Origin: a virus
Taxonomy: Duplodnaviria > Caudoviricetes
Strand: one strand, 5' to 3'
Length of the DNA: 64,000 bases
IMG/VR virus record: IMGVR_UViG_3300023055_000005
Shown here: piece by piece, positions 40,101 through 49,187 of the stretch
Layout of the letters: every line of letters starts with the position of its first letter
Numbering within the stretch: the first letter of the stretch is position 1
The notes under the pieces: model-generated
Database searches by the model: none
Seen by the model: only the letters and a program-made list of their open reading frames with translations
What the model was told of the DNA's origin: nothing
Made by a program: the position numbers and the translations under genes

Positions 40101-41440
40101 GGGGAGTCACCGAGGCTGGAGTTCAACATGTGGGTCGGGATCAGCTGCTGCGCAAGACGCGCCATGCTGCCCTTCCAGCCGGTCTGCGTGGTGCCACGCT
40201 GAGCCAGCTCGTTGAACATTTCCGGGATACCGGTGGTGAAGTACTTCAGCGCACTACCGCCACGCTTCAGTTCCGGCATCTGGTCGGTGATGCGGGAGAA
40301 GAACTGTGCAACGCGATAACCTGCCTGCTCAGCCAGCTCCCCACCCATCATGCCGCCGATCATCTCGTGCGGACCACCCGTGTCGCCAAACTCCTTGGCC
40401 GACTCCATGGACTCCGCCAGCTGGCGGCCCATGTTGAACCCTTCCATCATCTGGCGGGTGTAGGTGGACATCACGTTCTGAACGTTGGACTTCAGCTGCT
40501 TGCCGAAGCCGCGGACATACTCAGACGCCTTGTTCTGCACACCACCGATCAGACGCTGCTTCAGCATCTGCCGGTTGACTTCTGCGGTCTTGATCTTCAC
40601 CGCATCAGGCAGCGCGGTGTTCTTGGTGATGCTTTCCAGGAACTTGTTGGTCAGCTCACTGGACTTGACCGTTACATCGGTCAGGTCGCGCATCATGAAC
40701 AACTGCTTGAACTGCAGTTCCAACGACTTGCGCTGGTAACGGGAAGTGAAGTTGTCCTGGAACGCGACCAAGCGGTCGATACCGGCACGAGTGGTTTCCA
40801 GCTGCAGCATTTCGTTGCTGTGCTGGTCATCCTCGATCTTCTCGCGGATCGTCTTGTCCACCTTCTGGTGGGCATAGATCGACTCGGAGGCCTTCAGGTT
40901 CTCCTTGAAGATTTCACCCAACTGGGTGTTGATCTCCCGGTCATCCGCTTCCTTACGACGCTCTTCTTCAGAGCGGGCGTTATCGAAGTAGGATTCCTTC
41001 TCGGTCAGCAGTTTGTCAATCCGAGAATAGATCTTCTCGGGGATGACATTTTCTACAGATGCGAGTAATTTTTTGGAGGAACGCTGGATCTCTTTCAGCG
41101 GAGCCCGCATTTCTGTGGCGGCGCTATTGTATAGATCCTTGGTCGACGACCACGCAGAGTCTGCGACGTTGAATGCTTGGCCGTAGCCGTCCGGCAGGGC
41201 GCGCTTGATAAAGTCTTCGATGAAGTGCTTATCGGAGACCGTCGACTTCGCCCCTTCGTAGATGCCAGCCGCCAGCTTGGTGGTCGGCTTACGATTGTCT
41301 TTCTCCGGCTTGAAGTCAAACTCATCCAAGCCAAAGTCGAAGCCGTCCAGACCCAAGTCCATGTCGTCCAGCTTGTTGCTGCGACTGTTCTTGTTGGGCG
41401 GTGGACCCTTCTTGCCTTTCTTGTCGTTCGTCGAAGCCAT
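34169..41440 (-). CDS. Giant tail-associated protein (phiKZ gp181-like tape measure/lysin) with DUF5675-like and lytic transglycosylase domains
   Basis: Probable start MASTND at 41440 (~2423 aa); SLT motifs IESGFRP, SAKGLYQFINSTW, LYMAHFMG; DUF5675-like TLELPW..SCIPTG..ILIHAGN..SQGCILLG; Gly/Ala-rich hydrophobic helices; divergent from the vRNAP genes. Confidence 0.85.
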   Translation of the reverse strand: MASTNDKKGKKGPPPNKNSRSNKLDDMDLGLDGFDFGLDEFDFKPEKDNRKPTTKLAAGIYEGAKSTVSDKHFIEDFIKRALPDGYGQAFNVADSAWSSTKDLYNSAATEMRAPLKEIQRSSKKLLASVENVIPEKIYSRIDKLLTEKESYFDNARSEEERRKEADDREINTQLGEIFKENLKASESIYAHQKVDKTIREKIEDDQHSNEMLQLETTRAGIDRLVAFQDNFTSRYQRKSLELQFKQLFMMRDLTDVTVKSSELTNKFLESITKNTALPDAVKIKTAEVNRQMLKQRLIGGVQNKASEYVRGFGKQLKSNVQNVMSTYTRQMMEGFNMGRQLAESMESAKEFGDTGGPHEMIGGMMGGELAEQAGYRVAQFFSRITDQMPELKRGGSALKYFTTGIPEMFNELAQRGTTQTGWKGSMARLAQQLIPTHMLNSSLGDSPILDSDSHSGFTNGANRALIEVIPGYLSRILHAQRVMMSKNPNIKRIIYNADRGAFTTKDEAVKDAAWRMFGEANTTGARNSLDEFVRSVAGNSTMSPEASGALKDQLMRDSLGARSWSADNYTNKEYFDEKLAPQVRQEIADVFSQALGMGQGEKFDFRVHDINRAAKLREKYTAMRNNFDDPRDKTKGYIEAGQRELMEALGLIEKGGLTGRMNYSEAFRRTRDANASIDYPDEVWELAEETGVPVQLVAKVVMPATPAPIGAASPPSRATINSGRRAKGVSKRRQKIMDQRAVEAAEPPAGVGSNKVNARDMLTSINESVTGEGELITAVRANNITGQATATVELLGDIREMLASGQFGGGGGGSGGPPPIPGGYSRRKGFWGGTEHAFRWIGGKLVAGGKLAGQGAGAAWRGGSAAGSFLGRTLGSLANAAWGGAKGAAGIGWAAGANAAEGALNYISDVRDKQGRVLLEARLLRLGQYFDVGTGKVITKLSDIKGPVKDAAGNVVLTAYDFSQQLYNSNGQRILAGLTAGGRGFLKALGWTSTAPFRAGNFVRNAINGALARMDADKDIYVRGEPQAPRLLAIKMKAGQYFVQDGVTGTKVVMSWRDCTNTVMDSDGNIVLTTDDIKRGLVDVNGMPFGLTIGGRIGHVAVNVALGIAARLSKFSQWAVKAPKRLMDFLSGVRLDSITNVFVGVGSYIGDQLQNQLDVQNKQLNVLQNIYELLDQRLPKPVFGDTDGDGLRDGSWQEREKSGDGDGDDKRDRPGHAGKASSKDNIVANMFGIGGKVKGLWEKFFGRKGGKGGDGDGDCGCGCCGCDGGDGGGDFYVDADGRKQRRNRAPGRDTRGRKRGGWRRNRAARIARSRRRRGLPARARTGATPRVVRPPPIPGARRAPGFLRRGIGRFRPRGASVGGIAAGVAMGLGGSYLVDKLGGDDSTGGKVVNGVADTAGMVSTGLMATSVVSTLTGGGAAAGTAAAAGGVGAGGAVAGTAGAGLMATIGLPVLIGAAVVGAVGYVGYKAWKKYKYGTYIPVRAFRMAQYGVAYGDASNVEKIVDFEQMVAPHTKMVNGQLDISSEKLSMEEVYKHFGLDDGWFTNNQEERNLLDVWLTRRFKPVYLTWFQAMKAIAPTTNLNDADDELDQDKKVELVKAGSKVNPEIYKSMAGPFGEPLKISAADVDRSMSLALARIDKDRSGVGGFMSGAKRLSDASMALAPGMSMMTSPLNDWMDRRQEDADIADAKRKAEQAGKVPGVPTGVAATGFAGATEGKPTAGFDANGRPIASVGGLAVGGGYMNMQYKPGQGMMMAPPMAPIMLNGTMQLVLDREASDLDGTYGTLKLPDGTVFQTLELPWKDNASRVSCIPTGVYKCAKRQTSSFGQAYEVYGVPGRSAILIHAGNSAGSAEHGKKADSQGCILLGLGRARIGNQKSITNSQAAMKLFYEKMAARPFQLAIIGGMACLDPNAVREANQNKQANSAYNTTPAQATADSAAAAARASAGGGTASAGNASASTPYSYMNTAYQPGSGMGMGAAPAMMNTGYGAGNYSNPSPVGQTVDHPGNGTGGNVNDLPMPPPGAVGAKAIGPLIVAAAKMAGVDPKLMMTMASIESGFRPQVGAGTSSAKGLYQFINSTWKSMLKKYGAKYGISPDAHQFDPRANALMGAEFLRENAAHLRKSVGREPTDTDLYMAHFMGAGGAVSALRSPAEAIGAQAMPAAASANRNIYFERDGRPKTMGGVIAHLDKLVRGHRYGASDIAAIGAGSFNTRSGEGDTGQAASYTASAMPVSATGAPNPALAMAGAAPAGANATPREFVDAPRPSNPAYNDQGAGGVGLVSASTTNSDPQVQMQQAAVRQSYEADVNSRAVQSAQTAQTGSVMEIMNKQLYVMKAMEGHLRDISTKIGNNPAALNVPAQSSEAAPAEAAPAAPPPKSVEKDGLMVQQSTRAKRENARRQATLVAESNSTPVVDFGLRSDVA

Positions 41441-41496
41441 ATTTCTACCCTGGCCCTTTATCAATACCCGTCTATAGAATTAAGGAGTAGGCCGCT

Positions 41497-43149
41497 GTGA
41501 ATCGGCTCGACACACCATTCAATGTCAGTATTCTGGAGATTACTCCGGAGCGACTGAAAAAGATCCAGCCTGTTACCAGCCTGGACATCTACGAGTCGGT
41601 CGGCGGTCCGTTGCATGAAGACGGTCTGTTCTCGCTGAAAATCTTCGGTCGTATCGGTGACCCGGCGCGCGATGGGCGCTTTGCCTACATCGACGTGAAG
41701 GTGCCGATCTTCCACCCGTTCATCTACCGTACCATCGTCAAGCTGAAGGGTTTGTACGGCGGTATCCTGACCGGGCAGGCTTACGCTGTCTGGAACGATG
41801 AGCTGAAGGATTTCGAATCCTCCAACGAAATCGATGGCCAGACGGGGTTCCGCTTCTTTATGCGGCACTTCAAGGACATCCAGTACAAGGAGAACAAGTC
41901 GGACTTGCGTTCGGCTCGTATCGCCTTGATCAAGAAGTTCGTGGATCGGGCAACCACCACGAAGGTACTGGTCCTGCCTGCTGGTCTGCGTGATATCGAA
42001 ACCGACGACGCCGGTCGTACGACCTACGATGAAATCAACGACATCTACTCCCGCCTGCTGAGCATCTCGCGCACGGTGGTGCAGACTGACTACGATGACA
42101 TCGGCCCGTCCGTCAACCTGCCGCCTCTGCTGCTGCAGCGCACGTTCAACGATCTGTACGAGTACATCGAACGGATCATCACCGGCAAGAAGGGCTTCAT
42201 CCAGAAGAAGTGGGGTTCGCGTCGTGTCTTCAACGGCACGCGTAACGTCATCACTGCGATGGACACCTCCGCTGCCGTGTTGGGCGCTCCCAATGCACCG
42301 AAGTTCTCCGACACGGTGGTTGGCCTGTACCAGCAGTCCAAGGCGATCCTGCCCAAGTCCATCCACGCACTTCGCTACAGCTACCTGCCCGAAATCTTCG
42401 CTGCCGGTGCCAACCAAGGCTACCTGGTCAACCCGAAGACGTTGGAGTCGGAGCTGGTCGAACTGCGTCCGGACGACTACGATCGCTTCAACTCCACCGA
42501 AGGGTTGGAGAAGGTGATCTCCAGCTACGGTGAACTGCGTCTGCGTGACCGTCCTGTTCGCCTGGGCCGCAAGGGTCATTACTTGGCGCTGGTCTACACC
42601 GGCCCGGACATGACCTTCAAGGTGTTCAGCGACATTCGCGATCTGCCCTCAACTCGTGACCGCAAGGACGTCCGTCCGATCACCCTGGCAGAGTTCATCT
42701 ATCTGTCCGGCTACAAGATCTGGAACAACGACGGCGCCTTTGTGACGCGTTATCCGGTTACGGGTATCGGTTCGAGTTACCCCTCCACGGTCTACACCAA
42801 AACCACCACCCGTGGTGAGGTGCGTCGTGAACTGGGTCCGGACTGGGAACCGCTGGATGAGTCGCACACCGCGATGGAATACCCGATCCTCACCCCGGCC
42901 CTGTGGCTGGATGCGCAGGTCATCCCCACTGCCCGCGTGTCAGGCATGGGCGCTGACTTCGACGGTGACATGTGTAACTTCACCTCGGTGTACTCCGAGG
43001 AAGGCGTCCGTGAGATTCTGTCGGTACTCAACACCAAGCGTGCCTTCATCGATCCTCGCGGAGGCATGAACGCATCCGTTGACGTGCAGATGGTGAACAT
43101 GGTCCTGCACAATCTCACCAGCACCCCCAAGAGCTTGGCCAAAAGCTAA
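41497..43149 (+). CDS. rpoC: Virion RNA polymerase beta' subunit, catalytic part (phiKZ gp180-like)
   Basis: DGLFSLKIFG; GKKGFIQKKWGSRRVFNGTRNVI; catalytic GADFDGD. Confidence 0.92.
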   Translation: MNRLDTPFNVSILEITPERLKKIQPVTSLDIYESVGGPLHEDGLFSLKIFGRIGDPARDGRFAYIDVKVPIFHPFIYRTIVKLKGLYGGILTGQAYAVWNDELKDFESSNEIDGQTGFRFFMRHFKDIQYKENKSDLRSARIALIKKFVDRATTTKVLVLPAGLRDIETDDAGRTTYDEINDIYSRLLSISRTVVQTDYDDIGPSVNLPPLLLQRTFNDLYEYIERIITGKKGFIQKKWGSRRVFNGTRNVITAMDTSAAVLGAPNAPKFSDTVVGLYQQSKAILPKSIHALRYSYLPEIFAAGANQGYLVNPKTLESELVELRPDDYDRFNSTEGLEKVISSYGELRLRDRPVRLGRKGHYLALVYTGPDMTFKVFSDIRDLPSTRDRKDVRPITLAEFIYLSGYKIWNNDGAFVTRYPVTGIGSSYPSTVYTKTTTRGEVRRELGPDWEPLDESHTAMEYPILTPALWLDAQVIPTARVSGMGADFDGDMCNFTSVYSEEGVREILSVLNTKRAFIDPRGGMNASVDVQMVNMVLHNLTSTPKSLAKS

Positions 43150-43173
43150 GCTCTTTCAGAGCGAGACATTTCC

Positions 43174-46100
43174 ATGATGCTGTTCCCCGCATACTACCGA
43201 CGCTTCGGCGTGCGTCGTGCCAGTGAACTTGCCAAGCCCAAGCTGAGCAAGACGCTGCTGATGCAGTTGCCGATCAACTCGATCCTGCACTATGTGCCGG
43301 AAGATGAAGTGTCCTACGGTATCTCCACCGAAGACCCGCTGCTGCGACACGAGCGTCGTATGGTGCAGGTGGATTCGGTGACCGAGCTGACCTCGCGTCT
43401 GGGCGCTCCGCGTCCGCTGCCGATTCCTCCGCAGAAGCTGATCCGCGACTACCATCAACGCTACCGCCGTACTCGCCCGCTGAAGAACATCGATGCGGTG
43501 ATGCGTGACCCGCGGACGCTGTTGGTGTACAACTACGCCATCCTCAGCCATACCTCGCGCTACCTGGGCAACTTCTTCGCCGGGTACAACAAGTGGTACA
43601 ACATCAACTCCACTTGCTGGCAGAAGGTCAGTGAAACGGCCAAGTTCAATCGCCAGAACTTCCTGGTGTGCAAGCTGCCGGACACGATCCCTTCGATGAC
43701 CCAGCTGCGCCGTGGCATGAAGGACATGACCCGCTCCACGTTGCAGATCTTCGATTCGCCGGAGAAGCTGTTCATCCTGGAGCTGTGGAAGTGGCTGGGT
43801 CCGGAACGCCATACCTCCATGCTCGCGCAGGTCGCTGCCGAGGACATGAAGCACGTCAACCTGATCTGGCAGGAGTCGGACAGTTGGTTCGTGTTGAACC
43901 TGGGCCTGCTCGATGGCTGGCGCAAGCCGAGCGATCTGGAAGTTGAGAACGGCGTACCGGCTCGTAGTGGTCTGCCGGCCGAGAACATGCAGCGCCGTCT
44001 GCTGGCCATGCTGATCAACTTGCAGGAGGCCCGTACCGAAGTCGAACCTGCCATCATCTCTGATGACACCACCCAGTGGGTTTCCGAAGACGACGTCTCC
44101 GCGTTGGAACTGGAAGAGCAGGCCGAGATCGAAGCGCTGGCTGACCGTCCCGATCCCAAGTCCATGTCCGCTGACGACAAGGCTGCCGAGAAGGCACTGC
44201 TGCGTGATGCGGCTGTCATCTCGTTCGCCCCGGAAGACTTCGTGCTCGATGAGAGTGAGGAAGAGACCGCTCAGATCGAAGGCACGATCGATGATGACAT
44301 GGATGCACTGGAGCGCCTCGCTGCCGATGTTGAGAAGGCGCGCGTGGAGATGGATGCTGCCGGTGCCCGTGGTGATGGCGTGGACAACCCCGCAGGCGTG
44401 GCTGTAAAGCCGCCGGAGCCCGAGCGTACCCGCGCTGAGGAACTGGTAGCGGGTGTGGCTGAACGTGCCCGTGGGCAGGCCCTGTACGGCCGTATGTCCG
44501 CAGCTGAACTGCGTCGTTTCGAAACGCTGGCCAAGTCCTTCATGGACATTCCCAACCCGATCGGTGGGGAAGGCTCGCTGGCTGATTTCATCGAGATCAA
44601 GCCGGAAGAGATGCAGATCGATCAGCAGGCTGTCCAGTTCGCTGACATCCCCACGGTCTACGACAAGTCCATGCTGCAGTCCACGTTGTCGGACTTCACC
44701 CCGCGTTATGTCGAGCAGTATTTGCAGAAGCACATCGCCGGTATGGTGATGGGCATGCAGAACGCTGGCGTGGCTGTGACGCAGTACACCATGGAACCGC
44801 ACGTCGATGCGATGAACGACTACAACGCCTACACCGTGCGTCTGACGCCCGTTGATGGCAAGCCGTCCACGCTTCGCTTCCGTCTGCCCCGTGTCCGCAA
44901 GGATGGCACCTACCTGGCCAACGGTGTTCGCTATCGTCTGGCTACCCAGCGTAACGAGCTGCCGATCCGCAAGGTGAACAGCCGTCGTGTGGCGCTGTCC
45001 AGCTACTACGGCAAGCTGTCGGTCTCGCGCAACGACAACGTCAAGTTCAACCTGACCAACTGGCTGGGCAATCGCATTGCAGCAGCTGGCAATGATCAGG
45101 AAGACAAGAGCATCACTGATCTGCGTCAGGGCACCGTGTTCGATCACGAGCTGCGAGTCCCGCGCATCTACAGCCAGATGTCTCAGCGTTTCCGTTCGTT
45201 CACCGTGGAGGCTGGCATCCATCTGTTCTTCGACCACAGCTCGCGCTTGAATGAGCTGAAGGGTAAGGATGGCGAGGACGGTGAGCTGCTGCAGATCGAA
45301 GCGGTCAACAAGGGCGTGCTGTGCGGCTACCGGATCAGCGACAAGAAGCCGGTGTTCGTCGATGACACCAACACGTTCTACGTGTGGGAGAATGCAGAGC
45401 AGATCATCGCCCTCGGTGACATCTTCACCCTGACCGGGTTGGAGCGTGCCAAGTCGCCGGTGGAAATGATCGAGCTGACTGTGTTCGACCGTGACCTGCC
45501 GCTGGGTATGGTACTGGCCTACTACGTGGGTCTGGAAACGCTGCTGAGCGAACTGCGTCTGAACCCGCGCCGCGTCCCGCGTGGCGAGCGTGCTCATCTT
45601 GCCGAGGACGAGTTCTCGGTGGTGTTCAACGATGAGACGCTGGTGTTCAAGCGCGATGGTTCGGTTGCATCGATGCTGATGGTTGGCTTCAACGTCTACG
45701 AGAAGTCCATCCGCAACTACAGCGTGTACAACTTCGACCAGAAGGACATCTTCTACACCGTGTTGGAAAACAACGGCGTGGGTGTTCGCTATATCCGCGA
45801 GTTGGAGTCGATCAAGGATCTGTTCCTCGACCCGATCACCGTGGACGTCCTGAAGGAAATGGGCGAGCCGGTCAAGTTCATCCCGCTGCTGCAACGTGCT
45901 GCTGAACTATTGCAGACCGATTGGTCCCCGCAGGAAACCGATACCGACTACCAACGCTTCCGTGGTTACGAGCGTATGGCCGGCGCGGTGTACAACGAAC
46001 TGGCGCGTGCTGTGCGTACGTTCCGTGCTCGTCCGGGCGCCACTGGCGGCGCTGTTGAAATGTCGCCCAACTCGGTCTGGATGGCAATCGCCAAGGATAC

Positions 46101-47541
46101 CTCCCAGCGCATCGTGGAGGAAGCCAATCCGATCCACAACCTGAAAGAAATCGAAGAAGTCACCTTCAGTGGTACGGGTGGTCGTTCGGGTCGTTCGATG
46201 GTGAAGCGTTCGCGCGTCTACCACCGCAATGACAAGGGCAAGATCTCCGAGGCAACGAAGGACTCCGGCGAAGTGGCAATCACGACGTCGTTTGCTCCCA
46301 ACCCGTTGCTGACGAACCTGTATGGCATGTCGCGCCACTACATCAAGGGTAGCGATGGTCCTGCATCGATCTTCTCCACTCCGGCGATGCTCTCGCCCAC
46401 CATCGATCGTGATGACCCCAAGCGTGTGAACTTTGCGAGTATTCAGCACTCGCGCTCGATCGCTGCCGAAGGTTATCGTCCCACTCCGTTGCGTACCGGC
46501 TATGAGCAGGTTATCGCTCAGCGTACCTCGGATCTGTTTGCCAAGGCGGCAGAGAAGGACGGTCGGGTGGTGAGTGTCAATGAAGACGCCATCCTGGTTG
46601 AATATGAGGACGGCACGACTGACAGCGTGGAACTGGGGCGTCGCTTTGGCATCATGGCCGGCTCGACGATCCCGCATCAGCTGGAAACGATGTTGAAGGC
46701 TGGTGACACGTTCAAGCGTGGTGCCAACATCGCGTTCAACTCGATGTTCTTCGAGAAAGACCTGTACAACAAGAGCAACGTGGTGTGGAAGGCTGGCGTA
46801 CTCGGCCGAGTCGCACTGATGGAAAGTGTGGATACCTTCGAAGATTCCTCGGTTGTCTCTGGACGGATGACCAAGGAGCTCACTGCAAACGTTACCAAGG
46901 TTCGCGATATCCAGTTGTCCTTCGATCAGCAGATCACGGACTTCGTGAGCGTGGGTGACGTGGTGGACGTCGAAAGTATTCTATGCACCATCGAAGAGTC
47001 GACGACTGCCGACAACAAGCTGTTCGATGCAGAGTCCCGCGAAACACTGCGGCTGCTGTCGTCGCAGACTCCGCGCGCAAAGGCGCACGGTGTCGTCGAA
47101 AGGATCGAAGTGCTTTACCATGGCGAGATCGAGGACATGTCCCCGTCTCTGGCAAAGGTCGCTCGTGCGTCGGATTCGGCGCGTCGGAGCCTGGCCAAGG
47201 CATCTGGTCAGCCCTACGTTTCGGGCATGGTCGATGACTCGCTCAGCATCGGTGGTCGCCCGCTGTTGATGGACAACCTTATCATCAAGGTCTACATCAC
47301 CGGCAAGTCGCCCGCAGGTGTTGGTGGCAAGATCGTTCTGGGCAATCAGTTGAAGTCCATCATCGGCCGTGAAATGTCCGGTGTGAACAGGACGCTGGAT
47401 GGTCAGGCAATCGATCTGTTCTTCGGGTACAAGAGTGTCAACGCGCGTATCGTGATGTCTCCTGCCTACATCGGCACGACCAACACGATCATGATCACCG
47501 TTTCAAAGATGATGGCCGAGATCTACAGAGGGAACAAATGA
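43174..47541 (+). CDS. rpoB: Virion RNA polymerase beta subunit, main part (phiKZ gp178-like)
   Basis: 1455 aa; FSGTGGRS; DRDDPKRVNFASIQHS; LRTGYE; FEDSSVVS; GGKIVLGNQLKSII. Confidence 0.9.
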   Translation: MMLFPAYYRRFGVRRASELAKPKLSKTLLMQLPINSILHYVPEDEVSYGISTEDPLLRHERRMVQVDSVTELTSRLGAPRPLPIPPQKLIRDYHQRYRRTRPLKNIDAVMRDPRTLLVYNYAILSHTSRYLGNFFAGYNKWYNINSTCWQKVSETAKFNRQNFLVCKLPDTIPSMTQLRRGMKDMTRSTLQIFDSPEKLFILELWKWLGPERHTSMLAQVAAEDMKHVNLIWQESDSWFVLNLGLLDGWRKPSDLEVENGVPARSGLPAENMQRRLLAMLINLQEARTEVEPAIISDDTTQWVSEDDVSALELEEQAEIEALADRPDPKSMSADDKAAEKALLRDAAVISFAPEDFVLDESEEETAQIEGTIDDDMDALERLAADVEKARVEMDAAGARGDGVDNPAGVAVKPPEPERTRAEELVAGVAERARGQALYGRMSAAELRRFETLAKSFMDIPNPIGGEGSLADFIEIKPEEMQIDQQAVQFADIPTVYDKSMLQSTLSDFTPRYVEQYLQKHIAGMVMGMQNAGVAVTQYTMEPHVDAMNDYNAYTVRLTPVDGKPSTLRFRLPRVRKDGTYLANGVRYRLATQRNELPIRKVNSRRVALSSYYGKLSVSRNDNVKFNLTNWLGNRIAAAGNDQEDKSITDLRQGTVFDHELRVPRIYSQMSQRFRSFTVEAGIHLFFDHSSRLNELKGKDGEDGELLQIEAVNKGVLCGYRISDKKPVFVDDTNTFYVWENAEQIIALGDIFTLTGLERAKSPVEMIELTVFDRDLPLGMVLAYYVGLETLLSELRLNPRRVPRGERAHLAEDEFSVVFNDETLVFKRDGSVASMLMVGFNVYEKSIRNYSVYNFDQKDIFYTVLENNGVGVRYIRELESIKDLFLDPITVDVLKEMGEPVKFIPLLQRAAELLQTDWSPQETDTDYQRFRGYERMAGAVYNELARAVRTFRARPGATGGAVEMSPNSVWMAIAKDTSQRIVEEANPIHNLKEIEEVTFSGTGGRSGRSMVKRSRVYHRNDKGKISEATKDSGEVAITTSFAPNPLLTNLYGMSRHYIKGSDGPASIFSTPAMLSPTIDRDDPKRVNFASIQHSRSIAAEGYRPTPLRTGYEQVIAQRTSDLFAKAAEKDGRVVSVNEDAILVEYEDGTTDSVELGRRFGIMAGSTIPHQLETMLKAGDTFKRGANIAFNSMFFEKDLYNKSNVVWKAGVLGRVALMESVDTFEDSSVVSGRMTKELTANVTKVRDIQLSFDQQITDFVSVGDVVDVESILCTIEESTTADNKLFDAESRETLRLLSSQTPRAKAHGVVERIEVLYHGEIEDMSPSLAKVARASDSARRSLAKASGQPYVSGMVDDSLSIGGRPLLMDNLIIKVYITGKSPAGVGGKIVLGNQLKSIIGREMSGVNRTLDGQAIDLFFGYKSVNARIVMSPAYIGTTNTIMITVSKMMAEIYRGNK

Positions 47542-47741
47542 GCGACATCAACCTGCAAGACACCAATCAGGCCGTGGCCAGCAACGCCATCGCACTGATC
47601 TGCGCCGTCACCAAGCGGGTGGCCGGCAATTCGGCCTCCAACCGCATCGACGGTCAGACCATCACCGACGGCTCGCTGGCTCTGGTAGTCGGCGGCAAGC
47701 TTCAGAACAAGCTGGCGCCCGTCAGCAAGAGCGAGGGCTAA
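47538..47741 (+). CDS. Small hypothetical protein
   Basis: 67 aa; ATGA overlap with the beta-subunit stop; GAGGG RBS. Confidence 0.6.
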   Translation: MSDINLQDTNQAVASNAIALICAVTKRVAGNSASNRIDGQTITDGSLALVVGGKLQNKLAPVSKSEG

Positions 47742-47745
47742 GGCC

Positions 47746-49182
47746 ATGCTGAACGATTCCTCCGTAGGGGCCAGCTACGCGCTGGCCGACCGTCTGGCCA
47801 GCCGTGGCGAGCGCATGGGTGCCATCGACGGCACTCCGCTGGCCTCGCTGCTGAACGCGTGCTACGTCGACGTCCCGCGTGGCGAAGGCGACACCGAACT
47901 GCAGGCGCCGTACGTCCTCAACAGCCGTCGTGTCGATGAACGTGGCGTGTGCGAGCATGACCTGGTGATGGAAGAAGCGGCGAGCGTCATTGCCGAGACC
48001 ACCATCAAGAACCTGGACTGGGCCCGTGACGTGGTCGTTCCGACCATCGATGAAGTGCTGGCCGGTGTGGACAAGTACGTCGCCGAGCGTATCGGCGGCC
48101 TGAGCGACGCTGTCCGCGTGGAACCGCAGTTCTGGCCGCGCATCTGGGACAACCCGATGCTGTCGGAAATGGTCGCCCCCTACGCCGATCGCGTGGCTGC
48201 AGAGTTCCTGCCGACGCGTCCGGTGTTCCCGCGTGCCGAGACTGCCGAAGAGTCGATCAAGGTCATGCTGACCGGCATCGGTTCGATCGACGCTGACGTG
48301 GAGGCCCTGGCCTCCGAGCTCAACAGCGGCTCCACCAACGACCTGACCCGCTACATCTACAACAAGGTCTTCTCCACCGAGCAGGGCGCCGAGAACGAAG
48401 CGCTGGTCAGCGACTCCATCGGCAATGCCAACACCCGCCTGGTCGAGTTCCTGATGGCCCGCAACCTCTTCATGTCCATGCCCGAAGGCATGACTGACGA
48501 GTCGTCCTACCGGGCGCAGATGAGCGAAGTGATGGCCACCCTGGGTCGCATCGTGCATCGTGCCCTGATCGACCGCGGCGTGCGTGAGCAGTCCAAGCGT
48601 CTGAACCCGATCTACCCGACCGGTCCGTCCACCGATCCGAACTACCCGACCATCATCTACGTGGACGGCGACGTCTACACCAAGTACTTCTTGGAAGAAG
48701 GTGGCTCGCCGGAAGTTCTGCTCGGTGCGCTGGTCACCGATCGCGAGACCAAGATCGAAGCGCTGCTGGCGCAGGCTGACCGCTACACCAAGGCCTGGGC
48801 GAACGAGCAGCGTATGGTTGCCATGCGCGTGGAGAACAACAAGCTCGACGTGGTGCGCAACGCCTTCGCAGTCGTGCTGCGTGAAGTGGCCGGCAAGATC
48901 CCCGAAGAGCTCGAACCGCTCGACGTGACCGTGCAGGGCAAGCGCATCGACGAGATGCTGGGTACGCTGGCTGGCCGTGACATGGACAACCTGTACCTGA
49001 CCGCCCGTCACCTGGTGTGCACGCTGTTCTTCCCGCACACCATGGCGTACAAGCTGCTGGTGGCATTCGACGACGCTCGTCGTGTCAACCCCGATCTGGA
49101 ACCGCGCGACGCTGCGCTGTTGGCCTCCATCGACATCCTCGTCGATTGGGTTGCCGCCCAGATCACCATCGACAAGGTGTAA
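47746..49182 (+). CDS. Conserved virion protein (phiKZ gp177-like)
   Basis: 478 aa; very strong codon bias; synteny gp178-177-176-175. Confidence 0.65.
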   Translation: MLNDSSVGASYALADRLASRGERMGAIDGTPLASLLNACYVDVPRGEGDTELQAPYVLNSRRVDERGVCEHDLVMEEAASVIAETTIKNLDWARDVVVPTIDEVLAGVDKYVAERIGGLSDAVRVEPQFWPRIWDNPMLSEMVAPYADRVAAEFLPTRPVFPRAETAEESIKVMLTGIGSIDADVEALASELNSGSTNDLTRYIYNKVFSTEQGAENEALVSDSIGNANTRLVEFLMARNLFMSMPEGMTDESSYRAQMSEVMATLGRIVHRALIDRGVREQSKRLNPIYPTGPSTDPNYPTIIYVDGDVYTKYFLEEGGSPEVLLGALVTDRETKIEALLAQADRYTKAWANEQRMVAMRVENNKLDVVRNAFAVVLREVAGKIPEELEPLDVTVQGKRIDEMLGTLAGRDMDNLYLTARHLVCTLFFPHTMAYKLLVAFDDARRVNPDLEPRDAALLASIDILVDWVAAQITIDKV

Positions 49183-49187
49183 GCTAA

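Noticed and set aside
41497-43149. Possible intron or intein in the RNAP, terminase or RecA genes
   Set aside because: The reading frames are continuous, lengths match the expected phiKZ-like sizes, and no C/S...HN intein ends or LAGLIDADG/HNH motifs were seen.
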